Positions 12,990-24,350 of a DNA stretch of 64,000 nucleotides are shown piece by piece (the stretch's first letter is position 1; each line of letters opens with the position of its first letter). The notes beneath the pieces are model-generated. The model was given only the letters and a program-made list of their open reading frames with translations, had not been told where the DNA came from and made no database searches. A program made the translations under genes and the position numbers. Origin of the DNA: Vitrella brassicaformis CCMP3155 (lineage: Eukaryota; Protista; Chromerida); NCBI GenBank assembly GCA_001179505.1, contig CDMY01000385.1, positions 186,001-250,000 on the forward strand, in the 5' to 3' direction.

Positions 12990-15900
12990 TTACGCTGCCG
13001 CCTGTTGCGCCAGCTGCCCCTTGTGTCCCTCGCCCGTCAGCTCATGCTGCTGCTGCTGCTGCTGCTCAGATGATGGCCCCATCGACCGCCGCCACAACTC
13101 GTTCTCACCAAACACACGCATCAGAGGCAAATCCCTGCACACACACCCAACACACACAATGGTCCATCAAACAAGGCCTTTGGGGCGGCCGCTCACCGTT
13201 TGTGTGCCTCGAGTGAGCTGAGTATGTCGTGCCTGACGCCGAGTGCTTTGAGGTCGCACACCATTGCGTGCCAGTCGACGCCCGAGAACTCATCCCAGTG
13301 GTGCAGCGACCGACGGCCGACCGCATTGGTGAGGGTGGAGTCGCGGTAGCCTGTGTGCTCATCCACTCGACGCTGCGCACACCACACACACACAGAGGGA
13401 GGGAGGGAGGGAGGGAGGGAGACATGGGTCGCTGCTGTGGCTGTGGCTGTGGCTGTGGCTGTGTGTGTGGGCGTGTGGGGGACTATACCATTGCTCGAGC
13501 GGCCCTTGCGTAGTCGACAGGTTCGAAGAGGTCGAGGTGTCTGTGCATGAGCCGGTAGAGCACGTTGAAGGCATGCGTGTCCCCCACACCACGGTCCACG
13601 AACACCTGTTGATTGATTTGATGGATCAACGGATGACATCAGACGAAGCCGGCCAATGGTCTCTGTGTGTGTATGTGTGTGTGTGTGTTGCTCACCTCTG
13701 TGAGTTTAGGGACGTCGAATGTGGTCCGATCGGATGCATCCACCGCCTTGACACGCTCTACCAGACCCTGTGTGTGGGGCCACACACACACACACACACA
13801 CAGAGGCATCCATCCACTGGCCACCACCAGGTCACATTCCCTCTCACCTGTATCAGCTGCTTCTCGAGTTTGAGGTGTCTCCTGAAGTCAGGATCGTCCC
13901 TGCAGTAGTACTTCTCGCCGCCGAACAACCCGCCGCCCATCCAGCCCCCACCCCCACCCCCACCCCCGACCTCCATCAACTGCCTCTCCGTGCTCTCTGT
14001 GCTCTCGGCGCCATGCTCGCCCAAATCATCTGCTGTGTCCTCAACTGGCTGATCCAATGCCTCCTCCTGCTTGGGTTGGTCTGATGGCTGTCCATCTGCC
14101 TCTGCCTCTGCCTCTGCTGCCGTCTTGCTGCTCGTGCGGTCGTTGCGTGTCGGCTGCTGTGGTGGTGGTGGTGGTTGTTTGCCGTTGGCTTGTTGCTGCT
14201 GCTGCCGTTTGGCGTTTGGTGGTGTCCCTCTCCTGGTGTTGATTTTGTGTATGCGGTAGACGAAGGATGCGCTGCGCTCGACGGTGTGCAGGTCCATCAT
14301 GTCGGTGTGGTCGATGAGGAACTCCAGACAGGCGTTGAACCTCTGGAGCACAGAGAGAGAGGGAGAGGGAGAGGGAGAGGTGACAGAGAGGTGAGGGGTG
14401 GGTGTGGTGTACCTTTCGTATGTGTGGAAGGTATGGCGGGAGGACGCGCGCAATGCCCCAGCCGATCTCGGCCACACTGACACACACACACACAGGGAGA
14501 TAGTATGTGTGTGGGTGTGTGTGTATGGGCTGACTGTCTGTCTGCCTTACTACTGACCATCTTGGGGGGTAGTCGTACATGTGCTGCGTCATGTGTGCCA
14601 GCACCTGCACAACACAACACACACACCACCACACGCACATACAAACAACCAAGCACACGTGTGTGTGGGCGTGAGTGTGGGTGTGTGCGTGTCACTCACT
14701 ATCTCGAAGAGGTATATGTCGTTGACTTTGTTCTTCCTGAAGGCCTCAATCATCTCCGCTATGATCGGCGGCGTCACACGACCTGCACGAACCACACACA
14801 CACACACACAAACACCCCACACACAATACACCACACACACTTTTCCCCTTCCCTCCCTCCCTCCCTCCCTGTCTGTCTGTCTGTCTGTTTCGCTGACCGG
14901 CATTCCTGAGTATGTGCGTGAGCTGCATGGCGCACATCTCAAAGAAGCCAAAGTCCAGGTACTTGGCCGTCGCAAACGCCCCAGCCACCTCGGCCAGCTG
15001 CGCAATGCTCGGGCACATCAAAGGCGACACCAAACTCTGCCGCGTGTCCTCGTCAAAGCTGCCCTCAAAGGCCTGCGTGGCCAAGCCGATTCGCCGCTCG
15101 ATGTCCTGCGCCGCGATCGCCATGAAGCCGTAGTCGTGCACATGGCACTCGGCGAAGGCACGCACCATCTGGACCACCTCAGCCACGGGGGCGCTCTCAA
15201 TGTCGTCCGTGAAGTGCGTCCCCAGCTTGCGAAAGAGGTACTTGTCATGCACACGGACTCTCGCAAAGGCCACGGCGATCTGCACCAGCTGCTGGGTGGT
15301 GAAGAGGTGCGCCCGGGCAGCGAGAATGGTCGACAGCTGCACGACGTAGTGGCCCGCACTGAGCATGCCGAAGTACTTGGCCGCCCTCGGCAGGTTGAGG
15401 AACCTCCTCCTGATCCGGATGATGCGCGTGGCGATCAGGCGGAATCGCCAGTCGGTCGGGTCGCAGCCGCCCACCTCCACCAGCCTCTTCAGCGCCTTGA
15501 AGTAGTGGTAGGGCCGCTTGTGCCGCCGATGCCGGAAGTGCACCCAGGCATCGAGCACCTCGCTGGCGTTGGTGGCGCGGGCGATGCGTTTGGGCAGCTC
15601 CCACATCCACCGGTGGCTCCGCTTCTGCACTGTGAAGAAGGGTTTGTAGTTGTAGACGAGCCGCTGGTTGTGCTCGAGGCCTGCCGGGCGGAGGTAGCGC
15701 TCGACGTAGCGGCTCCACCGGCCCTTGCCGATCTTCTTGTGGAAGCGGTAGGTCACGGGATCGTCGGCCTTCTGCGCACCCGAGCGGACCTGCCATCGCT
15801 GCACATACAATCCCAATCACAGACAGGCACTACACTGATTGCAATGAGTGAGATCTGGACGCTGTTATGCAACATGTCGGAGATGTGTTGTGTTGTGTCT

Positions 15901-16070
15901 GGTGTGCGCACCCGTTGCTGCAGCAGACAGCGGGGAGGCGGTGCGCATGGGAGAGGGAGTGAAGTCAGTGCACAAGGGGCAGAAGCCGCTGATAGTGACG
16001 ATGAATTCCAAGATCCCCTGTTGATCGTTGTGCACGACAAGGGCAGCCTCGCACTCCGAAACGTTGCCAT
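12990..16070 (-). CDS. Mitochondrion-targeted helical-repeat (heptatricopeptide repeat, HPR-like) RNA-binding protein
   Basis: Acid-free R/S-rich N-terminus MATFRSARLPLSCTT...LLQQR|RWQVRSG. Consecutive repeats with exact 37-aa spacing: FTTQQLVQIAVAFARVRVHDKYLFRKLGTHFTDDIES / APVAEVVQMVRAFAECHVHDYGFMAIAAQDIERRIGL, plus further degenerate copies. Last exon DLPLMRVFGENELW...QQAAA* ends at 12990. Confidence 0.7.
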
Positions 16071-16220
16071 GACTGGGCCTTTCTCCCTCGTGTGCAAGCT
16101 CACTGCCGATCGCCCGAGATCCCGATCTCGAGTTTCCAGCGCTTGGAGGCTAAGCCAGACTCTGCCCGGGGCAGCAGATCTTCCCTCTCTCTTGTCCCTC
16201 CCTTTGTTTCATCGAATCGG
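16071..16220. promoter_or_regulatory. Putative bidirectional promoter (HPR gene / SIVA-like gene)
   Basis: 150 bp between divergent ATGs at 16070 (-) and 16221 (+). Confidence 0.45.
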
Positions 16221-16992
16221 ATGGATGTGGAACGTGATGTGGACATCGACATGGAGGCCGCACCGCAACCGCGAACCGGTCGCAAGAGGCCCTTCGAGAG
16301 CCCACCGCCCGAGCCGTCCGCCTTCACGAACTCACCTGCGTCATCAAACTACTCCTGCAAGCGCCCCCGGACGTCGAACGAGGGCAGCGATGGTGACGTG
16401 GCCATGTCGGGTGAGCACGACGGCGGCCAGTCCTCTGGCTCTGGCTCATCGTCGCTCGGCGTCCGCGCCATGAATGCGTCGCTGCGGCAGATGCGGCTGT
16501 CCTTCCACCCACAAGCTGCCACTGCTGCTGCACCAAACGGCATCACCACCAGCAGTGCACCCTTCCCGAGTCTACCACAGCCACCGGCCGCTGAGCCGCC
16601 TCAGCCAGGGATGACGTCGGCGTCGGCGTCTGCGTCTGTATCTGCGTCGGCGGTGGTGGGGATGGACGTCAGCGGTGGCAGTGGTTGCGGGACGCGTGTG
16701 TGTCAGTTGTGCGAGGGCAGGACTGTGGGCGGCGGCGGCGGTGGAGGTGGTGGGATGGTGCGGTGTACACATTGCGAGAGGGTGGCGTGTGGTGAGTGTG
16801 GCGGGGTGTGCGAGGCCTGCCGCCTGCCCTTCTGCCGACTCTGCACCACGCTCGAGTAAGCGACCAGCCCACTCAGACAGACAGACAGTCTGTTGAGATT
16901 TGTATGTTTGCTGCTGTTGGTTGTTGTTCAGTTACTCGTCGGATTTCCCTTTGCTCTTCTGCCTCGACTGCGCGGCGCGGCGGTGTGGCTGA
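16221..16992 (+). CDS. SIVA-like Cys-rich zinc-finger protein, 2 exons
   Basis: C-terminus CQLC...CTHCERVACGECGGVCEACRLPFCRLCTTLD|YSSDFPLLFCLDC matches the SIVA-type CxxC array. N-terminal basic NLS-like GRKRP and KRPR. Confidence 0.7.
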
Positions 16993-19200
16993 TGGATGGA
17001 TGGATGGATGGATGGATGGACGGGTGTGCAGCGTATGTGATGGCTGGGTGCTGTGCTCCTGGAGCCGAGCCGGTGTGTGTAGATCTGTGGCCGGGGGCTC
17101 TGATGGTTCATTGTTTGACGGACGGACAGGTGTGGTGTGTACAATCGGGGTGTCGCAGCCGAGAGATGGTTTGCATGAGAACTGTAAGTAAGTTCGTTGT
17201 CTGTCTGTCTGTCAAGAGCATATAAACACCTGAGTGATACCTGTTTCTGTGTGCGTCTCGCTGGCTGGCTGGCTGGCTGGCTGCACATGGGTGGGGTGGG
17301 CTGGCGTGGCGTGATGTCTGACGGATGGACAAACGTGTGTCTGTCTGTGTACCCCTGTACACACAGCACCTTCAACACGACACGACACGGCCCGCAAAGC
17401 ACCTTCAACAAACAGCACACCCCACGCACAAGCACAGAGGCAGGGAGGCAGGCAGGTAGCCAGAGAGGCAGCAAGACCAGGGCCACTTCTATGTTATGGA
17501 TGTGTATCTGTGTGTGTGGCACGTGTGCGAGAGAGAGAGAGAGAATGCATATGCACCATACGTACGCACAAATTCTGAATCCGCCCACCCAGCCCCGCGC
17601 CCAGCCCAGCACAGAGGAGGAGACTCATTCTACTCATCATGTCATGGATACACACCATGGCCATTCTTCGTTGCCGGCACCCTGGACCACTTATTGATTG
17701 TGACAAAACAACAAACACATTGATATGATACGCCGGTCAGTCAGCTTACAAGATTACACAGTGACGAGGGTGGGCGGTGCCGGAGGTGATCTTTGCCCGC
17801 ACGCGCACACCAACACGAAAATCGGCGGCGGGAGGGCGGGCGGCTGGCTGGCTAAACCACTGCCTGCGTGCCTGCGCACCTGCCTGCTTGATTGCTTGTT
17901 GCCTGCCTGCCTGCCTGCCTCGATCTCTCTCTCCCCTACAGACACACACACACACACATACATAAGTACACACGACTGAGTAATTGGCTGTGCCCTCTCT
18001 CTCTCTCTGTCTGTCTGTCTGTCTCTGTCTGTCTGCGTCTGTTGGTTGTCGATGGTGACTCACTGCACTGCACTGATACACACACGTCCGTCCACCCAGC
18101 CACAGAACCGCCAGCCAGCTGTGTGGGTCGCTAGCTAAGTATGGGCATTTAAGGTATCCTGTCTGGTCAGTCAGGTCAACAGCAATCACCCTCACACACA
18201 CACACACACACACGCTTCAAGTATGTATGCATGTGTGTGTTCGTGTGTACGCAGAGAGATACACAGATATATAAATATGGCCATCCGGCCGCCTAGCCGG
18301 CCGGCCGCTGGGCAATGAACAGGAAACGGATGGATGGATCGATATCCATCGGATGGGATGACTGCTCCCTCCGGTCCGCCGAGTGGTCGGTCGAGTGAGT
18401 GAGTGAGTGAGTGGGCTGAATAGTACTCAAAACGTACCGTAACACCGCACACACACCGCACACAAACAAACAGCAGGAGCAGAGCAGAGTGCCTTCAACC
18501 GACCGAGCCAGCAGTCAGTGCCCCTCCATCTTTCCGTCCGTCCGTCCATCCGTCCGTCCATGCAGCAAACATCCGCACTCACACACACACGCATCCATGA
18601 CATGTATCCACACACCCAGGCAGGCAGGCAGGCAGGCAAAGGAACAAAAGCCGGTCGGCCAATCGCCCAGCCATGTAGCCAGCCATTCACTCACGCACTG
18701 TACCGCACCGTCCGGCCCCGCTTAGCAGCCTTCGTCTGTCAAAATCGGCACCTCAGCAGCACCGGAAAATGCCGGCGAATTGGAGAGATCGAGACATACA
18801 CAGACACATCTACAGACAGGTAGGTACTATAGTACACACACACGTGCGTACAGACGAAGGAACCAACGGACATGCAGGCGCCCCCGAAGCGCCTGGCGGC
18901 AAAACACCGAAGCCAAACGAAATGAGCCCAATCGATCACTCATCCACTCGGCCACTCATCCCATCAAACAAACAACCGGCTGTGCTGTATAGACAGGCAA
19001 ACATGCAGGCAGGCACCAACACAGAATACTCAGATGAAATCTCGATGGCCACCCATCGATGGATCTCGATGGGCCATTCAATGCGCCATCCACACGCGCA
19101 GCCCGCTGCGCCACACACACACACACACACACACAGACAGACAGACAAAGCAGGGAGAGAGAGAAGGCAAGCCGGATGAATGAGGAAATACCCGCCCGAC
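16993..19200. repeat. Microsatellite-dense non-coding interval between convergent genes
   Basis: Runs of (GGAT)n, (GGCT)n, (GCCT)n, (CA)n, (CT)n, (GTCT)n and (GAGT)n; no credible ORF. Confidence 0.7.
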
Positions 19201-19278
19201 AGCAAACGGCGGGTCTGTCCCCCCACTCATCCGCTGACCATACCGTGTGGTGGTTTGTTATGTGTCAGTCAGGGAATG

Positions 19279-19635
19279 TCAGTTAGGAGGCGTCTTGGTG
19301 CGCTGTGCCTGTCGGCTGCCACACGGGAAGAACAGCAGGTTGGCAAACGGATGCACACCCAAATACGCCGCCGCACCATCCGCCCCCAAACCCCCATCGC
19401 CAGCAGCAACGGTCCGAGCGACCGGTGAGTTGCCGCATGAGCCGTCGCTGCCGTTGCCGTCCACCGTGGTGGTGGTCGAGGTGGACGCCGGCGTCCCGGG
19501 GGATGACTCACCGCCGCACGCCCTTCTACTAAGGTCGTCAGTGGTGGTGTCGCCCTTCTGAGGGAGGGGGATGAAGGCCGGCGGGGGTGTGGTCGGCACC
19601 ATCAGACACACATCGCTGCTGCCGCTCCACACACA

Positions 19636-19668
<33 letters not shown>

Positions 19669-20985
19669 GGAGAGAGGGAGGCACTGCATTTTCACGTGGG
19701 TGTCTATGCTATGTTGGTGTGTGCTGGTGTGGTGGGTACCTTGCTAGTGTGGAGAGGGCCTTTGGTGAGAGGTTGGTTTTGGCTGCGAGTTTGATGAAGA
19801 TGAGGCACTGGCAGTACTCCTCGGTCGTGACGCGCAGGCGGAAGTCGGTGTACCGGAGGAACACACGCTCCAGGATGTTGAGCTCCACCAAAGATATGCC
19901 TGGCCACAGACAGACAGGAGGCAAAATAAATAAGACACCAGAACAAACAGGGGAAGGGAGACCAATCTGTGTGTCAAGCCCGACCGCACCTCCAATTTTA
20001 GACCAGTAGAGGTTGTCGAAGAATTTGTCGTAGTAGGCCTTTCACAAGTCAGAAGGTGAGACAAGAAGCAGCCGTGAGACACACTATATATGCTGTCTGT
20101 CATTCATGGTGGGGGGACGGCATGGCATGTACCTTGGTGGTGGTGAGTGCGGCCGTGAGGAAGAGCCTGTGTCCGTTGACCAGCGTGAGGGCGATCTTGG
20201 GGTACTTGAGCAACACACGAGATATCAACACGAACATCACTATGCAACCATGAGTACCCAAATACCTGAAGAACACAATGCGCATCAGCCCACCGAACAC
20301 ACACAGAAGACAGAACACATACATACATGGCCGCTGAGTTCGTGTGAGCGTGCGTGTGTCCACCTCACCCATAAGTCAGAATGCGCTTGAGATACTCCGA
20401 GAGCGTGATGGACGGAGCCGTGGACGAGTCGAACACGGTGCTAAGCTGGCTGTGGTGGGGCGAGGTCTCGATCTTCTTGACCACCGAGAGCACCTCCTCC
20501 TCCTCCAACTTCAGGAAGCTGTCCATCTCAGCATCATGAAGCCGCTCGCACCCCTTCACCACCAGACCCACATCTACCTCCGCCAAACCGCCGACATCGT
20601 CCAACAGACACCCGTCCACATCAGCATCATGCGGCCCCTCCAGGCTATCCTGCGAAGACCCTCCCACCCCCCTCTCAACAACACCCTCGCTCAGCGACGA
20701 CAGCGTCGTGGCCGTCTGGGGACTCCCGCCGCTGTCACTGTCCCGCGCCTTCCCATGTTGGTGGTGTTGGTGGTGGTGCGATGGCCGGGCGGCATGCACA
20801 TTGCCGATGGGCCGGGGGATGGACACGGGGATGGGCGGGCGGATGATGGGCGGGAAGAACCCTGGACGAGTGGTCGAATGAGGGTGGCCATGTACGTGGG
20901 GGGGGAAAGCGACGGGCACCACAGTGACAGTGGGCTGGGGCGCTGTGGCCTCGGGCGACTCACTTCTCGGCGAGGTGGCGATCAT
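19279..20985 (-). CDS. PHO80/CYCU (P/U-type) cyclin
   Basis: VFDSSTAPSITLSEYLKRILTYG|...NGHRLFLTAALTTTK|AYYDKFFDNLYWSKIG|GISLVELNILERVFLRYTDFRLRVTTEEY is the Cyclin PHO80-like box. First ATG at 20985 (ORF track used TTG at 20991). Confidence 0.9.
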
Positions 20986-21260
20986 GGTCAAGAGAATCAG
21001 CTCAGCAACAAGTTACTTGAACAGGAGTGGGAAGGAAAGCACAGACAGAAACGCATGTGAAGCGCTGCTTATGAAGAAGCAGCAAGGAAGGAAGCAGCGC
21101 TTATGACTTGGGCTACATGTAGGCTTCAACGCGCGAGCATCATCATGTTCGACAATTTGCGAGCTAAGCTGCAACTGACAGCTTGAATCGTTCGTTCGTT
21201 AAGAAGGAAGTCCCGGCCCCTGAGGGCAGATGCTTAGGCTTGACGTGCTGCTTCGAGCAG
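20986..21260. promoter_or_regulatory. Putative bidirectional promoter (cyclin / kinase-RING)
   Basis: 275 bp between divergent ATGs at 20985 (-) and 21261 (+). Confidence 0.4.
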
Positions 21261-22196
21261 ATGGACAACTGGATCGTGTTGGAGCAACTTGCAATGGGGA
21301 AGGCTCGTGGCCGGGCACGTGTGGTGAAGGCCAAGAGAAAAGCCGACGGGAGGCTGTTCGCAATGAAAATTGTGAGCGCTGCCTCATTGGCTGATGCCAA
21401 AGAAGCTTACCGAGAGGCCATCGCTGCCAGGTTCGCACCCACAGGCCGGACATGCCATTGGCATGCACCCTCGTCGTAATCTTTGTGTGTGTGTCTGCAG
21501 TGGCTGCGACTCGCCCAACATTATCCGTGTTGAGCACCAGGCGTCTTTTTACTATGAGACCACCGATGCGGATGGATTGCCAGTCGTCAGAGTGGTCATA
21601 ATTATGGAGCTGTGCGATGGGGACCTCCTCTCGTACATATCACGACGGAAGGAAAAGGGCAGCAATCTCACCATTGAGGAGGTGAGCAGACCAACTTGGC
21701 GGGGNNNNNNNNNNNNNNNNNNNNNNNNNNNNNNNNNNNNNNNNNNNNNNNNNNNNNNNNNNNNNNNNNNNNNNNNNNNNNNNNNNNNNNNNNNNNNNNN
21801 NNNNNNNNNNNNNNNNNNNNNNNNNNNNNNNNNNNNNNNNNNNNNNNNNNNNNNNNNNNNNNNNNNNNNNNNNNNNNNNNNNNNNNNNNNNNNNNNNNNN
21901 NNNNNNNNNNNNNNNNNNNNNNNNNNNNNNNNNNNNNNNNNNNNNNNNNNNNNNNNNNNNNNNNNNNNNNNNNNNNNNNNNNNNNNNNNNNNNNNNNNNN
22001 NNNNGGGGGGGGGGGGGGGGGGGGGGGCCATCCATAGCGTTGTGTTTCAATTGGTCGCCGTGTGGGTCTGCAGGCCGTGGAGCTGTCCTTCCAGGCATTG
22101 TGTGGGTTGGATCATCTTCACAGCAAGGACACGGTGCACAGAGACATCAGGAGCGAGGTGAGGAGGAGGCTGGAGCAGTCGTGTGTCGAGATTAAT

Positions 22197-22235
<39 letters not shown>

Positions 22236-24316
22236 GGCAGAATGTGCTTACGAAGGGCGGCGTGATTAAGATCGCTTGCTTGGGTATGCCTTTTGGCCAG
22301 TGCACCCTGAGTGGAGAGGCAGCGCGAATAGTATCCCCTTGTGTGTGTTCATCCAGGCTGCGCCAGGAAGGTCGGCGATCAGCTGTCGGTAGCGAGCTCA
22401 TGTGCACCTGCCTCGTAGTGAGCGTGCTGTGCTGCCTTGAAGGCGAGACACCATTGATTGACATGTCTGTCTGTCTGTCTGTCTTTCCTTTCATTCATTC
22501 ATATGCTCAGCTACACAGCCCCAGAGCTGCGCGGGATAGACACGTCCATGATCTACGCCAAGGTAGGGTGAGCACACCAAGACACGTACGGTACGCATCT
22601 CATGCCTCTTACCCACCAACTGGATGCCATGCGTCTCTCTCAGGAGAGTGACGTCTTCTCTCTCGGCATCTTGTTGCTCGAAATGCTGTCCTTGACCCCG
22701 TTCCCTCATTTGCTGGCACATACGCGGCGGAAACTGCGAAAGAACAGCCCAACAGGCCGCAGGTCCAAAAGCAGAGAGTCCCGCAGCGAGGACGCCCAGA
22801 CCACGTGCGCAGCAGCGATTCCTTTACGCGTGTTGCTTCCCGCCCTCATTGACGAGGCGCTGACGGCACTGCAGTGCGGAGGCCTGCGTAAGAAGGGCAG
22901 AGGAATCGGACACGATGAAAGGCTGGGAGCTCTGAGACAGATGCTGAGGCGAATGCTGGCCGCCGATGTGAAGAATCGGCCTTCGACTATGGAGCTGCTA
23001 CAGCTGCCCATTTTTCTGAAGCTGTGTCAGGCACATCGGCCCGGTGCTTCACCTGTGGGGAAGGTACGTACGTACACGTCCACCGATGTGCATGCCACAT
23101 GAACACACCCTCTCTAATGCTGGTCATTAGGATGAGAGTGAATCAGCAGCTCAGAAGGAGGACTGTGCGGTCTGCCAGGAGCACAAGATCAACACGAGGC
23201 TGCTGCCATGTCGTCACCAAGTCGCATGCACGGCTTGTGCACATAAACTTGGTATACGGAGAGTTCATCCGCCTTCAATCATAGCTATCAGATGTGAGTA
23301 CTTTCCTTCCCTTTGCAGCCGAGTGTCCGTACTGCCGATCCTGCATTGTGTCCATCGAGGAGGGCAAGAAGTTTGGCCTCACTACCTACGATCAGCCACC
23401 TAACATCCCATCTGAGGACACCACTTGCAGCAGACAGCCCCCTCCGTGTGTGTCCAGGGCCGTCCAGTGCAGCCCAACGCCATCGCCTGTTGCATCGAAG
23501 CCCTCCGCAAGACAGCAGCACACGAACGGGGGCTTCTCGTGGCGAGACGTCCAGACCATCCTGGAGAGACCATCACAAGTTCCCGCGCTCCCTGTGCAAG
23601 AAACAAAGAGGAAACGAGCAAGTCGGCTCCACATGGACGGGATACTTTCACCACGGCTCGGCAGGAGAGACATCGTCTCTGCCAGTCGGCGCGCAAGCGG
23701 CTCTCTCAGCCCCTGTGGATCCCCTGCTTCCCCACTGACGACCAGACACCCTGCACAGGAGATCGCCACGCCTCGGACCGAGAGATGGGCGAGACAGCCG
23801 GGTCTCCTCGGCTGGAAGGTCCCTCTTTCGAAGCCCCCCATGACGACATTCAAGACGACACTCAAGATGGCGACTGGAGTTCAGAGGCTCAATCAGCAAC
23901 CGTCACCTGTTCTTGCATTCCGAGAGAGCGTCATTCGAAAGGCCTCCCTCTTGTCGCCTCCCACATCGCCACGAGCGTCGAGGAATCGGCCCTACGTCAT
24001 CACATCCCAGGCTCCTGCAACCACTGCTGTCTCGGCTGACGCAATCAGGCGTCCGCTTTCCCGGCGCGTCACGGTAGACGGCGAGCAAACGCCACAGAGA
24101 ACGGCCACAACTGCCACCGATGTCAACGGTCTTCTCACCTACCGACGAAGCACTGGAGACGGAGGAATGAGGAACGAGGAGGGGAATGGTCGGCAAAAGG
24201 CAGAGACCAGACGCCGTCCGGGCCGCTCAAGCCCAGCAAAGACCCCTCCACATCGTGCAGACATGTCCGAGGCACAGACGAAGTCAGACACTCGACAATG
24301 CCACACCGGATTCTGA
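21261..24316 (+). CDS. NEK-like protein kinase domain (probable pseudokinase) fused to a C3HC4 RING finger and a disordered tail
   Basis: FAMK (beta3 Lys), REA (alphaC Glu), IIMELCDGDL, LDHLHSKDTVHRDIRSE|NVL, KIACLG (DFG position), YTAPEL, SDVFSLGILLLEM, RPSTMELLQLP. Then CAVCQEHKINTRLLPCRHQVACTACAHKL|AECPYC (23164-23335). All junctions are GT-AG and in frame. Confidence 0.85.
21705..22004. other. Assembly gap (300 N) flanked by G-runs, inside a kinase intron
   Basis: Ns from 21705 to 22004, followed by G23. The flanking exons TIEE|AVELSFQ join in frame and fit the alphaE helix, so probably no exon is lost. Confidence 0.9.
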
Positions 24317-24350
24317 CAGCACTCAAATCATTGCTCCCTCTCTCTGTATG

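Noticed and set aside
12990-13700. RAP endonuclease-like domain expected at the end of the helical-repeat protein
   Set aside because: No IEVDGxxH or GW-x-V-type motif is present in the reconstructed terminal exons.
14581-16473. 630-aa plus-strand ORF, and similar long ORFs such as 30577-32025 (-), 31806-32858 (+) and 8098-9300 (+)
   Set aside because: These are antisense or off-frame shadows of GC-rich coding exons with recognisable products on the other strand or frame; their translations show no family motifs.
21552-22098. ORFs containing long X runs and poly-Gly/Pro
   Set aside because: Artefacts of the N gap and the adjacent poly-G run.
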